DNA from: Bacteroidota bacterium
GTDB taxonomy: Bacteria; Bacteroidota; Rhodothermia; Rhodothermales; JBCCMF01
NCBI GenBank assembly: GCA_039026435.1
Contig: JBCCMF010000001.1
Coordinates: forward strand, 1-48,622
DNA length: 48,622 bases
Reading direction: 5' to 3'
The notes beneath the pieces were generated by a model. The model was not told the DNA's origin. It saw nothing but the letters and a program-made list of their open reading frames with translations, and did not search any database. A program made the position numbers and the translations under genes. Shown in pieces: positions 18,958 to 28,863 of the stretch. Each line of letters begins with the position of its first letter. The first letter of the stretch is position 1.

Positions 18958-19078
18958 TCCTATGGCGCGGCTGCGCGTATGCGGGCGCCTGTGAGCCGTT
19001 GAACCGAAGTTGATTGCCTGGACGATGTCCGCCGTATCGCCCTCTCTAGCTCCCCCGCCGCTGCGCAAGCGGACGAAG

Positions 19079-19774
19079 ATGTACCGCGTGAAGCACGTCT
19101 GGAAGACGCTGCAGGGCGAAGGCCTGTTCGCGGGGCGTCCGGCCGTGTTTGTGCGGTTCGTGGGCTGCAACATGTGGAGCGGCCACGACGCCACGCGCGA
19201 GCGCGATGCCGCCCGCACAGAGGCAGACTGCCCCCTATGGTGCGACACGTCGTTTACCAAGGAAGGCAGCCGCACCTACACCGCCGACGCACTCGTGGCG
19301 AGCATGACCGAGGTGGCTGATGACGTGCGGTTCTGCGTGCTGACGGGCGGTGAGCCGTTGCTCCAGCTCGACGCCGCGCTCCTCCGTGCGCTCCAAGCCG
19401 AGGGCTGGCAGGTAGCCATCGAGACGAACGGCACCGTTCCCCTCCGCACGCGCTGCTGGGACGACGACGCCAACGCGCTGGTCACGCCCGACTGGATCGT
19501 GTGCAGCCCCAAGCTCCCGCAAGACCGCCTGAAGCTGGAGCTGTTCGACGAGCTCAAGCTCGTCGTGCCCGACTACCTGCCGGACGCCTACGCCGTGTTC
19601 GCGCAGCGCCAGCGGCGGCACTACACGGGCAGCCACATCCTACCGCTGCTCTGGCTGCAGCCCGAGGACGGCCCGCGCCTCGCCGACGCGCGCCGCCTCG
19701 CCATCGAGCTATCGCTCGCGCACCCCGCGTGGCGCGTGAGCACGCAGACGCACAAGATCCTGGACGTAGAGTAG
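19079..19774 (+). CDS. queE: 7-carboxy-7-deazaguanine synthase (radical SAM)
   Basis: Track ORF is 19010..19774; the likely start is ATG 19079 'MYRVKHVWKTLQGEGLFAGRPAVFVRFVGCNMWSG'. The QueE N-terminal block 'TLQGEG..G.P..F.R..GCN' is present. The cluster cysteines are spaced C-x20-C-x3-C ('CNMWSG...DCPLWCDTSF'). Lies directly after queC. Confidence 0.85.
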   Translation: MYRVKHVWKTLQGEGLFAGRPAVFVRFVGCNMWSGHDATRERDAARTEADCPLWCDTSFTKEGSRTYTADALVASMTEVADDVRFCVLTGGEPLLQLDAALLRALQAEGWQVAIETNGTVPLRTRCWDDDANALVTPDWIVCSPKLPQDRLKLELFDELKLVVPDYLPDAYAVFAQRQRRHYTGSHILPLLWLQPEDGPRLADARRLAIELSLAHPAWRVSTQTHKILDVE

Positions 19775-19829
19775 CAGCACCATCCGGGCGAGCCCCGAAC
19801 AGCGCGGAGCGCGCCCGAACCGCCAGCCG

Positions 19830-22397
19830 CTAAAACGCGCTGCCAAAGAAGATGGCGTTCATGAAGAGGCGGTTGGTGCCGTACCAGAAGGCGCGGAAGT
19901 TGGGGTTGTCGGTGAAGGCGACGATGCTGCCCCGGCCTACGCCGTCGGCGATGACGGCGGCGCTACCGGCCACGAGCGGCAGGCGCTCCTCGGAGACGTA
20001 GCCGCTGAGCAGCGGGTCGTCGGTGTAGACGGCGACGTTGGTGCCGGGCGACTCGGACGCTTCGTAGAGGCGGCTGCTGTTGCGGAAGAGGGGCATCGTC
20101 TCGGGCATGCTGTAGGCGATGGGGTGTGTCACATCGAGCTGCGCCTCGAAAATCGTCCCGCCGATGCCTTGGGCGCCGTACGTGTCGTTGATCTCGTCGT
20201 ACGGCCGGCCGGCCACGAGCGAGTCGAGGTCCAGCGTCTTGGCGTCCAAGTCGAGCATGTTGTTGCGGATGGCCCAGTCGGTGCCGCTGCTGACGGTGAC
20301 GAGGCGCCCGCCGCCGCGCACCCAGCCGCGCACGGCGTCGGCGCTGACGTTGCCGTAGGAGCCGCCGGCCATGATGATGGTGGTGTAGCGCGAGAGGTCG
20401 GCGCCGCCTAAAGCGCTGGCCTCGACGATCGAGATCGGCATGCGGAAGCGGTGGCTGATGAGATGCCACACCTCGCCCGCGTTGTAGGCGCTGGTACCTG
20501 AGCCCACGACGAGCGCCATCTTAGGCATCGATAGCACCTCCGTACGGCGCCCGCCGAGGTCCGGCCCCATCGGCGTGAGCCCCGTCGAAATGCTGTAGAC
20601 GTTGACGTGGTCATCGGCCACGACGCGCTGCACCGCCTCGAACACGGTCATGCCGCTGGGTGCCCTCCCGGTGGCATCGCGAGGCTGCGCGGGGATGAGC
20701 ACCGTGCCGCGCTCGAACATCATCTCCTCGCCGTCGATGATGGCGGTGAATGGATCTTTCATGAGGCGCGGCTTGATGCCCATCCGCTGCAGGGTGTAGA
20801 GCGCACGCGGCGCGTAGTAGCGGTCCCACTTGAGCAAGTAGCCCACCTGCGAGCGCCCGCCGACCATCTCGCCCATGCCGATGTCCTCGGCCATGATCTG
20901 ATCGCCCAGGAGGTTGCCGGTGCTGCTCGTCACCTCGGCGTAGTCAAGGTCGAACGCCAGCGGCAGCGTCCACGTGGAGACGTCGTAGAAGAGCGAGTCG
21001 GTGAACGTGGTGGAGCGCTCCATCACCGCTTTGAGGAAGCGGCCCTGCGGCTGATCGAGCGGGACGATGAGGTCCTCGCCTGCGCGGAAGGTCATGCCAT
21101 CGGCCTGCGTGTCGCGGCTGAGGCGGTGGAAGCGCACGCGGTGCCGGGTCAGCGCGTCCACCAACTCCTTCACGCGGCTCGCGCCCCGCTCGGTGCTGAT
21201 GAGGTAGCCCTTCACGCTGCTGTTGCGCACGAAGTCCGGCACCTCGGCGTAGAAGTCGCGCTGGTGACGCAGCAGGTCTTGGCGGAGTTCAACCACGGCC
21301 TCGGCGGTCGAGATGGACGTTAAGAACTGGTTGCGCACGGTGTACGCGTAGTCGAGCACGCCATCGGGCGTATCGCGCAAGAGCGCCCGCGCCGACGCCT
21401 GCTCGAAGAGGATGCCGATGGCACCGTTCACGTCGGGGTACGTGGAGCCTTTGCCGTAGTAGAAGTCGTCGAACGACTCGCGCGTGTAGTAGAGCGCGCC
21501 GATGCGGTCGAGGATGCGGGCGTGGTAGTCGCCGATGGCGCCCGTCAGCTCCTGGTTGCGTTGCGGCGTGTTGGGGTTGGTACGGCTCGGGATGCCGGGC
21601 TGGAAGAAGTACGTAGCGTTGCTGCCCATCTCGTGGTAGTCGGTGGAGACCTGCGGGCGCCAGTGGTGGAACAGGTCGATGCGCGCCTTCGACTCGGGGT
21701 TTTGCACCGGCATCCAGTCGCGGTTAAGGTCAAACCAGTAGTGGTTGGTGCGCCCCCCCGGCCATGCCTCGCGGTGCTCGCGGTCCTGCGGGTCGGAGAC
21801 CGGCGTCGTGCCGCGGTTGCGGTTGACCCAGTCCACGAAGCGGTCGCGGCCGTCGGGGTTCATGACGGGGTCGATGATCATCACGGTGTTGTCGAGGATG
21901 GCATCGATCATACTGCCTTGTCCGGCGGCGAGGTAGTAGAGCAGCATCAGCGCCGCCTCGGTGGTGCTGGGCTCGTTGCCGTGGACCGAGTAGCCCATGT
22001 AGACAACCGTCGGCATGTCGGCGAGGTCGGCATCGCTGACATCGGCGGGGCTGTCGCTGAGGCGCAGGTTGGCTTCGCGGATCTCCTCCAGGCGGGCGTG
22101 ATTGTCGGGCGAGGTGACGATGGCGTAAACGAGCGCGCGGCCTTCATACGATTTGCCGTACTGCCCAAAGGTCACGCGGTCGCTGGCGGCGGCCACGGCC
22201 TGGAAGTAGGCGACTGTTTGGCTCGGGTCGGTATGAAAATCTCCGATGACGTGCCCGAAGACGGCTTCGTGGGTCGGGATATCACTGCTGAAGCTGCTCA
22301 CGCCGTCGGTGGGCACTTCGAGCGGAAACGGCAGTTGCTGCGCCGCCACAGGCAGGACGAGCAGAAAGGCGAGGAGGAGGCTAAGGCAAGAACGCAT
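19830..22397 (-). CDS. Secreted M14-family zinc carboxypeptidase (large, multi-domain)
   Basis: Track ORF is 19830..22469; the likely start is ATG 22397 'MRSCLSLLLAFLLVLPVAAQQ' (signal peptide). Contains 'GYSVHGNEPSTTEAAL' (HxxE zinc site) and 'STDYHEMG', typical of the M14 fold. Confidence 0.8.
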   Translation of the reverse strand: MRSCLSLLLAFLLVLPVAAQQLPFPLEVPTDGVSSFSSDIPTHEAVFGHVIGDFHTDPSQTVAYFQAVAAASDRVTFGQYGKSYEGRALVYAIVTSPDNHARLEEIREANLRLSDSPADVSDADLADMPTVVYMGYSVHGNEPSTTEAALMLLYYLAAGQGSMIDAILDNTVMIIDPVMNPDGRDRFVDWVNRNRGTTPVSDPQDREHREAWPGGRTNHYWFDLNRDWMPVQNPESKARIDLFHHWRPQVSTDYHEMGSNATYFFQPGIPSRTNPNTPQRNQELTGAIGDYHARILDRIGALYYTRESFDDFYYGKGSTYPDVNGAIGILFEQASARALLRDTPDGVLDYAYTVRNQFLTSISTAEAVVELRQDLLRHQRDFYAEVPDFVRNSSVKGYLISTERGASRVKELVDALTRHRVRFHRLSRDTQADGMTFRAGEDLIVPLDQPQGRFLKAVMERSTTFTDSLFYDVSTWTLPLAFDLDYAEVTSSTGNLLGDQIMAEDIGMGEMVGGRSQVGYLLKWDRYYAPRALYTLQRMGIKPRLMKDPFTAIIDGEEMMFERGTVLIPAQPRDATGRAPSGMTVFEAVQRVVADDHVNVYSISTGLTPMGPDLGGRRTEVLSMPKMALVVGSGTSAYNAGEVWHLISHRFRMPISIVEASALGGADLSRYTTIIMAGGSYGNVSADAVRGWVRGGGRLVTVSSGTDWAIRNNMLDLDAKTLDLDSLVAGRPYDEINDTYGAQGIGGTIFEAQLDVTHPIAYSMPETMPLFRNSSRLYEASESPGTNVAVYTDDPLLSGYVSEERLPLVAGSAAVIADGVGRGSIVAFTDNPNFRAFWYGTNRLFMNAIFFGSAF

Positions 22398-22457
22398 GGA
22401 CGCGATGAACCGGATGGTGAACTGATGAGCACGGAGTTTACGAAAGGACGAGGCCGC

Positions 22458-24137
22458 ATGCATCGGCATTCCCTGTGGGTGTGGCTCATCGTTACGCTCC
22501 CCACGTTCGCCCTCGCTCAGCAGCCTCAGCCCGCCGACACGCTCCGCGCCCTCGTCCTCTTAGTGCAGTTCCAGGACGACTTCAGCCCCGGCAGCCGCAC
22601 CCTGAACGAACGCGGATGGCCCGTCTACGCCGACCGGACGACGCTGCCCGTCCATGCGCAGACGCTGCTCGCCACCTCGCCCCAGCCGCCCTACCCCGAC
22701 ACGTCGCTGACCGCCTACTTCCACCAGCAGTCGCTCGGCCAGTTTGTGCTCTACGGCGAGGCGTATCCCGAGGTGTTGCTCACTGAACAGCCCGAGGCGC
22801 GCTACCACCAGCCGAACGGCGGCTACGGCCACCTCACGAAGGAGCTACTCGACCGGTTGGACCGCGAGGGCTTCGACTTCACGCGCTTCGACCACAACCG
22901 CGACGGCTGGCTGGACTACGTGTTCATCATCCTGCGCCGCGACAGCCTCCGCGACGCCAAACGCATCACGTTCACGGGCATCTCGTGCCTGGACGCGCGC
23001 TGCGGCGGCGGCCCCGTCGGTGGGCGGCCTGCAGGTGCGCTGGTCTACGACGGCGTCCGCGTCCACTGGATGCGGTCGGGGTCGATCCTGTTCAACCGCC
23101 TCCCCGGCCATATTGACATGCAGATGGACACCGTGCGGCTGATGGCACACGAGCTGGGGCACGACCTCTGGGCCGACCACTTCGTCCACATCCCGCCGCT
23201 CACCACCAACGACGTGCCCTGGATGAGCAACCGAGGCCGCGCCACGGCAGCGCAGGGCTATGCGCTGATGGTGGGCGCGGGCGGCGGCCCCGACCACCGC
23301 GGCGACTACGCCGTCTCGGCCTTCGAGCGTGACCTGCTCGGCTGGATCGACTGCGCCACCCCCACCGCCGACACCACCCTCGTCCTGGGCGACCTCTACG
23401 TCACGAGCGACTGCGCCAAGTGGCCGATCCCCTACCGTGGCAGCACGCGATGGCTCCATGCCACCAACCGGCAGCGCAGCGCCCCGTTCGACCAGTACCG
23501 CAAGATCGCCGGGTTTGAAATCGGGCTGCTGCGCACGACGGGTCTGCTCGTCACACTCAGCCAAGGCAACCGCTTCGACGTCCTCCCCGCCGACGGCGGC
23601 CTGACGCTGGCCACACGCAACGCCCCCTACCACGGCGACCTGTTCGGCCCCACCACGCAACGCCAGCTCACCCCCTGGACGCGCCCCTCGTTCGACGGCT
23701 ACCGCCACTACCCCGACGGCTACACGCCCACCTGGCAAGCGCTCGACGATCTCGACGTGGTCGGCGCCGAGCGGCAGATGCAGGTACGCTACGTCAGCGA
23801 CTTTCGGGACTCGCCCGTCATCCGCGCGGACTCTTGGATGGGCGAGGAGACGGCTGGACACGTCTTCGCATCGCCCGTGCGCGTCGTCGAAGGCGCCACG
23901 CTCCACGTCGGCAGCGACCTCACGTTCACCGATCGCCTCGCCCTCGGCCCGGGCAGCACGCTGGTCATCGGCCCCGAGGCGCGTGTGGTGATCACCGACT
24001 CGGGCGTGCTGCGCGTGGCCACGGGGAGCCGGATCGTGATCGAGGGCGAACTGCTTCTCGGCGGGACACTCCTGCCCCAAGGGCCGTTTGCGATTCATGG
24101 GACAGGACGGGTGGTGCGCAGCCTCGCGCGCCAGTAA
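22458..24137 (+). CDS. Secreted HEXXH zinc metalloprotease, M6 (immune inhibitor A)-like
   Basis: The upstream 312 codons of track ORF 21522..24137 are antisense to the M14 gene. The real start is ATG 22458 'MHRHSLWVWLIVTLPTFALAQQ' (signal). 'LRALVLLVQFQDD' is an M6-domain-like start, and the zinc site is 'LMAHELGHDLW'. Family assignment is tentative. Confidence 0.55.
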   Translation: MHRHSLWVWLIVTLPTFALAQQPQPADTLRALVLLVQFQDDFSPGSRTLNERGWPVYADRTTLPVHAQTLLATSPQPPYPDTSLTAYFHQQSLGQFVLYGEAYPEVLLTEQPEARYHQPNGGYGHLTKELLDRLDREGFDFTRFDHNRDGWLDYVFIILRRDSLRDAKRITFTGISCLDARCGGGPVGGRPAGALVYDGVRVHWMRSGSILFNRLPGHIDMQMDTVRLMAHELGHDLWADHFVHIPPLTTNDVPWMSNRGRATAAQGYALMVGAGGGPDHRGDYAVSAFERDLLGWIDCATPTADTTLVLGDLYVTSDCAKWPIPYRGSTRWLHATNRQRSAPFDQYRKIAGFEIGLLRTTGLLVTLSQGNRFDVLPADGGLTLATRNAPYHGDLFGPTTQRQLTPWTRPSFDGYRHYPDGYTPTWQALDDLDVVGAERQMQVRYVSDFRDSPVIRADSWMGEETAGHVFASPVRVVEGATLHVGSDLTFTDRLALGPGSTLVIGPEARVVITDSGVLRVATGSRIVIEGELLLGGTLLPQGPFAIHGTGRVVRSLARQ

Positions 24138-24223
24138 AACGTCTTATGCGAGCCGGAAGCGCTTGCACTTTACGCGTGCGTTACGTTTCCTTGAGGCGTC
24201 GATTCACGAAACGCCAACCGCCC

Positions 24224-27175
24224 ATGCGCCGCCTCTCGTTGTACCTCACCGCCCTCCTGCTGCTCGCCTTCGGCTGTACCTCGTCGCAACGGGCGGCGCT
24301 GACCTACAGCACCGTCAACAACGGCGTCCAGGACCTCACGCTGCAAAACCCGCTGGAGGCTACGCAGACGCTCGACTACCTGACCGTGCCCGACGGGTTC
24401 GAGGTGCAGCTCTTCGCCGCCGAGCCCCACATCGTCAACCCCATTGCGCTGACGTGGGATGAGCGCGGCCGTCTCTGGGTGGTCGAGTCCACCAATTACC
24501 CGCACGACCACGTGGGCGAGGAGACGGGCACGGATCGCATCACGATCTGCGAAGACACCGATGGCGACGGCACCGCCGACCGCTTCATCCGCTTCGCCGA
24601 GAACCAGCCGCTCACGACTTCCATCGCGCTCACCAAAGACGGCGCGCTTGTGGGTCAGGCGCCCGACATCGTCCTGCTCACCGACACCGACGGCGACGAC
24701 CAGTACGACACCAAATCGGTGGTCATCGACGACGCCTTCGGCACGTGGGACACGCACGCGGTGATGAGCAACTTCAAGTACGGCATCGACAACCACATCT
24801 ACAGCGCCGTCGGCTACTCGGGCATGTACGAGCCCGGGCGCGTGGGCGAAGACGACGCCCGCACCCTCCGCCAGGGCGTCTTCCGCTTCGCAACGGACGG
24901 CAACGCCCTCGAACCCATCGCCGAGTTCAACAACAACACCTGGGGGCTGGGCATCGGCGAGGACAACACCATCTTCGGCTCCACGGCCAACAACAACCAC
25001 GCGGTCGTGGTGGGCATCCCGATGCGCTACGGGCTGGAGAAAAACGAGGCGAACGTGCAGAGCCACTACCTCGTGGAGCACACGGCCACCACGCCCCTGC
25101 AGCAGGTCGATTTCCGCGACGGGTACACGGCCGCGGCGGGCGCCTTCCCCTACACCGGGCGGCGCTACCCCCAGGCGTATTGGGGCGCGCTGATGGTGAA
25201 CGAGCCGACGGCGCACGTGGTGCACGCGGGCTACCTGGAGCGCGACGGCGCCATCTATAAGGAGACCGAGAACTCGATCGACAACCTGCTCTCCAGCGCC
25301 GACGACTGGGTGGCGCCCGTCTTTTCTGACATCGGCCCGGACGAGAATATCTGGGTCGCCGATTGGTACAACCCGGTCATCCAGCACAACCCGGATCGCC
25401 GTGGCATGCGCAACCAGGTCTGGAATGCCAATCGTGGCGAGGGCAACGCCCACCGCAACCCGCTGCGCGACCGCCAGCACGGCCGCGTCTATGTGGTGCG
25501 CTACACCGAGCGCGACGGCGACACCATCACCAGCCTCGACCCCGCCGACGGTGCCGACCTCATCCGAGGCCTGCAGAGCACCAACCAGTTCTGGCGGCTC
25601 ACGGCGCAGCGCCTCATCGTGGAGCACAACCACACCGACCTCGTACCGGATCTGCTCACGCTCGTCCAGAACACGGATCTCGACGCGCACGGCATGAACC
25701 CGGCGGCCGTGCACGCGCTGTGGACGCTGCACGGGCTGGGCACTATCGACGAGGCGATGGCAGACGTGACGACGGCGCTCGAACACCCCTGCGCGGCCGT
25801 CCGCAAAGCCGCCGTGCAGGTGCTGCCGAAGACCGCCGAGACGGGCGCTATCCTTCAGTCCAACAACCTCTTCGCCGACGCCAACCTCAACACCCGCCTT
25901 GCGGCGGTCCTCGCCGTGCACGACCTCGGCGACGCGGCAGATGACGCCCTCAAAGCCGCTACGCAAGCGGCGCTCCGTGGCGGCGACGCGTGGATCGAAG
26001 CCGCCGTAGAAGGCCTCGCCCCCGTTGCCAACACGCCGACCGTAGCGAGCACGCCCGCGCCCGAACTCGACACCGCTGCGCCGCCCCGCGCCGTGCTACC
26101 CCTCGATGTTGACCCACTGATGATGTCGTTCGCGCAGCCCACGATGCACGCCTTCGCCAACCAGCCCATCGACATCGTCTTCACCAACACCAACCCCGAC
26201 CGCCACAACGTACTCGTCCTCAAAGCCGACACCGATGTCGAGGCCTTCGGCCAAGCGCTCACGGGCTACATGACCGCCGATGACGCCTGGGACAACGCCT
26301 ACGTCCCGCCGTCGATGCGCGACCGTGTGCTCGCCGCCAGCACCGTCTTGGCCCCCGGCGACGTCGCAACGCTCAGCCTCGACGGGCTCCCAGCGGGCGA
26401 GTACACGTACATCTGCACGGTGCCCGGCCACTGGATGATGATGCAAGGCACGCTCGTGGTTGAAGACGCCGCCCCCGAGCTGGCACGCAACGATGCTGGG
26501 TGGTCGTGGCTGGCTGATGCGGTGGATGCCCCGTCGATCCTCTACCTCGCGGGCGCCGCCAGCCGCGACCGCCAATCGCATTGGCACTCGCGCGTCTTCG
26601 GCTTCGCCAGCGGGCAGGTGCTTTACGACAACGGCGCCCACGCGTACACCTACACCGAGTCCTCAGACGCCGCGTTCGTCGAGCAGTTGGCCGATGCCGA
26701 CCTGCTGGTGATGTCGAACAACAAGCCCGTGGAGGCGGCCGCGCAGGAGGCGATCTTCGCGCATGTGGAGGCGGGCAAGCCGCTGCTGCTCTCGCACCCG
26801 GCCACGTGGTACAACTGGAAGGACTGGCCGCGCTACAACGCCGAGCTTGTGGGCGGCGGGTCGCGGAGTCACGAGAACCTGCAAACGTTCAGCGTGGAGG
26901 TTGTGCAGCCCAACCACCCGCTGATGGAGGGCGTCCCGGCCTCGTTCGAGGTGTTCGACGAGCTCTACCGCGCCGAACTGTTGCCCGATGCCGACGCCGT
27001 GGTGCTGGCCATCGGCCGGTCGCACGAGACGGGCACGATCTACCCCGTCGTCTGGACGCGGCAGGTGGGCGAGGCCACGGTGGTGGTCAACACGCTGGGC
27101 CACGACGACCGCGTCCACAACCTCGTCACGTACAAGCGCATCCTAGCCAACACGCGCGACTGGCTGCTGCCGTAG
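24224..27175 (+). CDS. Multidomain lipoprotein: PVC-type membrane-bound dehydrogenase domain + HEAT repeats + azurin-like cupredoxin + ThuA domain
   Basis: The real start is ATG 24224 'MRRLSLYLTALLLLAFGC' (lipobox). 'PDGFEVQLFAAEPHIVNPIALTWDERGRLWVVES...CEDTDGDGTADR' marks the dehydrogenase domain. HEAT-like 'AVRKAAVQVL' follows. Type-1 copper ligands are 'DRHNVLVL' and 'YICTVPGHWMMMQG' (C-x4-H-x3-M). The C-terminal ThuA-like region reads 'LLLSHPATWYNWKDWPRYNAELVGGGSRSHE...VNTLGHD'. Confidence 0.75.
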   Translation: MRRLSLYLTALLLLAFGCTSSQRAALTYSTVNNGVQDLTLQNPLEATQTLDYLTVPDGFEVQLFAAEPHIVNPIALTWDERGRLWVVESTNYPHDHVGEETGTDRITICEDTDGDGTADRFIRFAENQPLTTSIALTKDGALVGQAPDIVLLTDTDGDDQYDTKSVVIDDAFGTWDTHAVMSNFKYGIDNHIYSAVGYSGMYEPGRVGEDDARTLRQGVFRFATDGNALEPIAEFNNNTWGLGIGEDNTIFGSTANNNHAVVVGIPMRYGLEKNEANVQSHYLVEHTATTPLQQVDFRDGYTAAAGAFPYTGRRYPQAYWGALMVNEPTAHVVHAGYLERDGAIYKETENSIDNLLSSADDWVAPVFSDIGPDENIWVADWYNPVIQHNPDRRGMRNQVWNANRGEGNAHRNPLRDRQHGRVYVVRYTERDGDTITSLDPADGADLIRGLQSTNQFWRLTAQRLIVEHNHTDLVPDLLTLVQNTDLDAHGMNPAAVHALWTLHGLGTIDEAMADVTTALEHPCAAVRKAAVQVLPKTAETGAILQSNNLFADANLNTRLAAVLAVHDLGDAADDALKAATQAALRGGDAWIEAAVEGLAPVANTPTVASTPAPELDTAAPPRAVLPLDVDPLMMSFAQPTMHAFANQPIDIVFTNTNPDRHNVLVLKADTDVEAFGQALTGYMTADDAWDNAYVPPSMRDRVLAASTVLAPGDVATLSLDGLPAGEYTYICTVPGHWMMMQGTLVVEDAAPELARNDAGWSWLADAVDAPSILYLAGAASRDRQSHWHSRVFGFASGQVLYDNGAHAYTYTESSDAAFVEQLADADLLVMSNNKPVEAAAQEAIFAHVEAGKPLLLSHPATWYNWKDWPRYNAELVGGGSRSHENLQTFSVEVVQPNHPLMEGVPASFEVFDELYRAELLPDADAVVLAIGRSHETGTIYPVVWTRQVGEATVVVNTLGHDDRVHNLVTYKRILANTRDWLLP

Positions 27176-27252
27176 CTCGCCATCGCTTCACTTGCATCGT
27201 GAGGACGTGGCGCTCATCTTGTGGAGACGCTCTACTTACCTCTCGCGCCTCC

Positions 27253-28842
27253 ATGACCGGACAGCAGTTCATCGCGGGCACCCGCACCGCCAGCAGCACC
27301 TCTACGTTCACCGCCACCAACCCGGCCACCACCAACCCGATAGCGCCCGCGTTTTACGAGGCCACCGCCGATGAGGTGGACCGCGCACTGACAGCCGCGT
27401 TCGAGGCGTTCCAGCTTACGCGCACGCTGCCGCCTGAGCGCACCGCCGCCTTCCTCGACGCCATCGCCGACGAGATCCTGGCGCTGGGCGATGACTTGAT
27501 CCATCGGGCCACGGCCGAGACGGGCCTGCCCAACGGCCGCTTCGTGGGCGAGCGCGGACGCACGGTGAACCAGCTGCGCCTCTTCGCCCAAGTCGTGCGC
27601 GAGGGATCGTGGGTAGACGCTCGCATCGACACGGCTCAGCCCGACCGCTCGCCGATCCCCAAGGCCGACATCCGGCTGATGAAGGTGGCGCTAGGTCCGG
27701 TGGTGGTCTTTGGCGCGAGCAACTTCCCGCTGGCGTTCTCCGTGGCGGGCGGCGACACCGCGTCGGCGCTGGCAGCAGGATGCCCGGTGGTGGTGAAGGC
27801 GCACCCGGCGCACCCGGGCACCTGCGAACTTGTGGCCGGGGCGATCACGCGGGCGGCGGAACGCACCGCGATGCCCGCAGGCGTGTTCTCGATGCTGCAC
27901 GGCCGGAGCCACGAGGTCGGGCTGGCGCTGGTAGAGCACGCGCGCACGGCGGCCGTCGGCTTCACGGGTTCGCTGCGCGGCGGACGAGCCCTCTTCGACG
28001 CCGCCAACCGTCGCGCCGTGCCCATTCCGGTCTTCGCCGAGATGGGCAGCACCAACCCTGTCTTCGTGCTGCCCGAAGCGCTCGCCGAACGTAGCAATGC
28101 GATCGCCCAGGGCTTGCTGCAGTCCGTCACGTTGGGCGTGGGGCAGTTTTGCACCAACCCCGGCCTCGTCGTCGGTCTGAGCGGCGCTGCCTTCGACGCG
28201 TTTGCTGAGGCGGTTGCCACACACGCCAAAGGCAGCGCGCCCGGCACGATGCTCCACGAAGGCATCCGCCACGGTTACGAGCAGAGCGTGGCGCACATGG
28301 CAAACACCACCGACGTCGCCGAGATCGCTCGTAGCACCACCGATGCCGATCCGCTGCGCACGGAGGCAGACGCCGCGTTCTTCCGCACCGATGCACACAC
28401 GTACGCCGAGCACCCGCACCTGCACGAGGAAGTCTTCGGCCCTGCCTCGCTGCTGGTCACCTGCGCTGATCGCAAGGCGATGCTCGACCTCGCCCGCAAC
28501 CTCGACGGCCACCTCACCGCCACCCTCCACGGTACGCCCGCCGATCTGGAGGCGCACCGCGACCTCATCGACATCCTCACACAGAACGTCGGCCGGCTCG
28601 TCATCAACGGCTTCCCGACGGGCGTCGAAGTGTGCCCGTCGATGCACCACGGCGGCCCCTACCCCGCCACCACGGACAGCCGCTTCACGTCAGTAGGCAC
28701 CGCAGCGATCCAGCGCTTTGTGCGGCCCATCTGCTACCAAAACCTGCCCGATAATTTGCTGCCTCCTGCCCTCCAAAACGCCAACTCGCTCGGCCTCTGG
28801 CGCCTCGTGGACAACGCGATGACGCAAGAAGATATCATGTAG
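27253..28842 (+). CDS. NADP-dependent aldehyde dehydrogenase (alpha-ketoglutaric semialdehyde dehydrogenase-like)
   Basis: The real start is ATG 27253 'MTGQQFIAG'. 529 aa. Contains 'VVVFGASNFPLAFSVAGGDTASALAAGCPVVVKAHPAHPGT', catalytic Glu 'FAEMGSTNP' and catalytic Cys 'GVGQFCTNPG'. Confidence 0.85.
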   Translation: MTGQQFIAGTRTASSTSTFTATNPATTNPIAPAFYEATADEVDRALTAAFEAFQLTRTLPPERTAAFLDAIADEILALGDDLIHRATAETGLPNGRFVGERGRTVNQLRLFAQVVREGSWVDARIDTAQPDRSPIPKADIRLMKVALGPVVVFGASNFPLAFSVAGGDTASALAAGCPVVVKAHPAHPGTCELVAGAITRAAERTAMPAGVFSMLHGRSHEVGLALVEHARTAAVGFTGSLRGGRALFDAANRRAVPIPVFAEMGSTNPVFVLPEALAERSNAIAQGLLQSVTLGVGQFCTNPGLVVGLSGAAFDAFAEAVATHAKGSAPGTMLHEGIRHGYEQSVAHMANTTDVAEIARSTTDADPLRTEADAAFFRTDAHTYAEHPHLHEEVFGPASLLVTCADRKAMLDLARNLDGHLTATLHGTPADLEAHRDLIDILTQNVGRLVINGFPTGVEVCPSMHHGGPYPATTDSRFTSVGTAAIQRFVRPICYQNLPDNLLPPALQNANSLGLWRLVDNAMTQEDIM

Positions 28843-28863
28843 GCCCTGAGGATAAATTGCTCC

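Noticed and set aside
21522-22457. Long N-terminal extensions of track ORFs 21522..24137, 23834..27175, 26581..28842, 30220..30828, 32323..33249 and others.
   Set aside because: The extensions overlap neighbouring well-supported genes or their antisense strands. Internal ATGs followed by a signal peptide, a lipobox or a canonical family N-terminus are much better starts.
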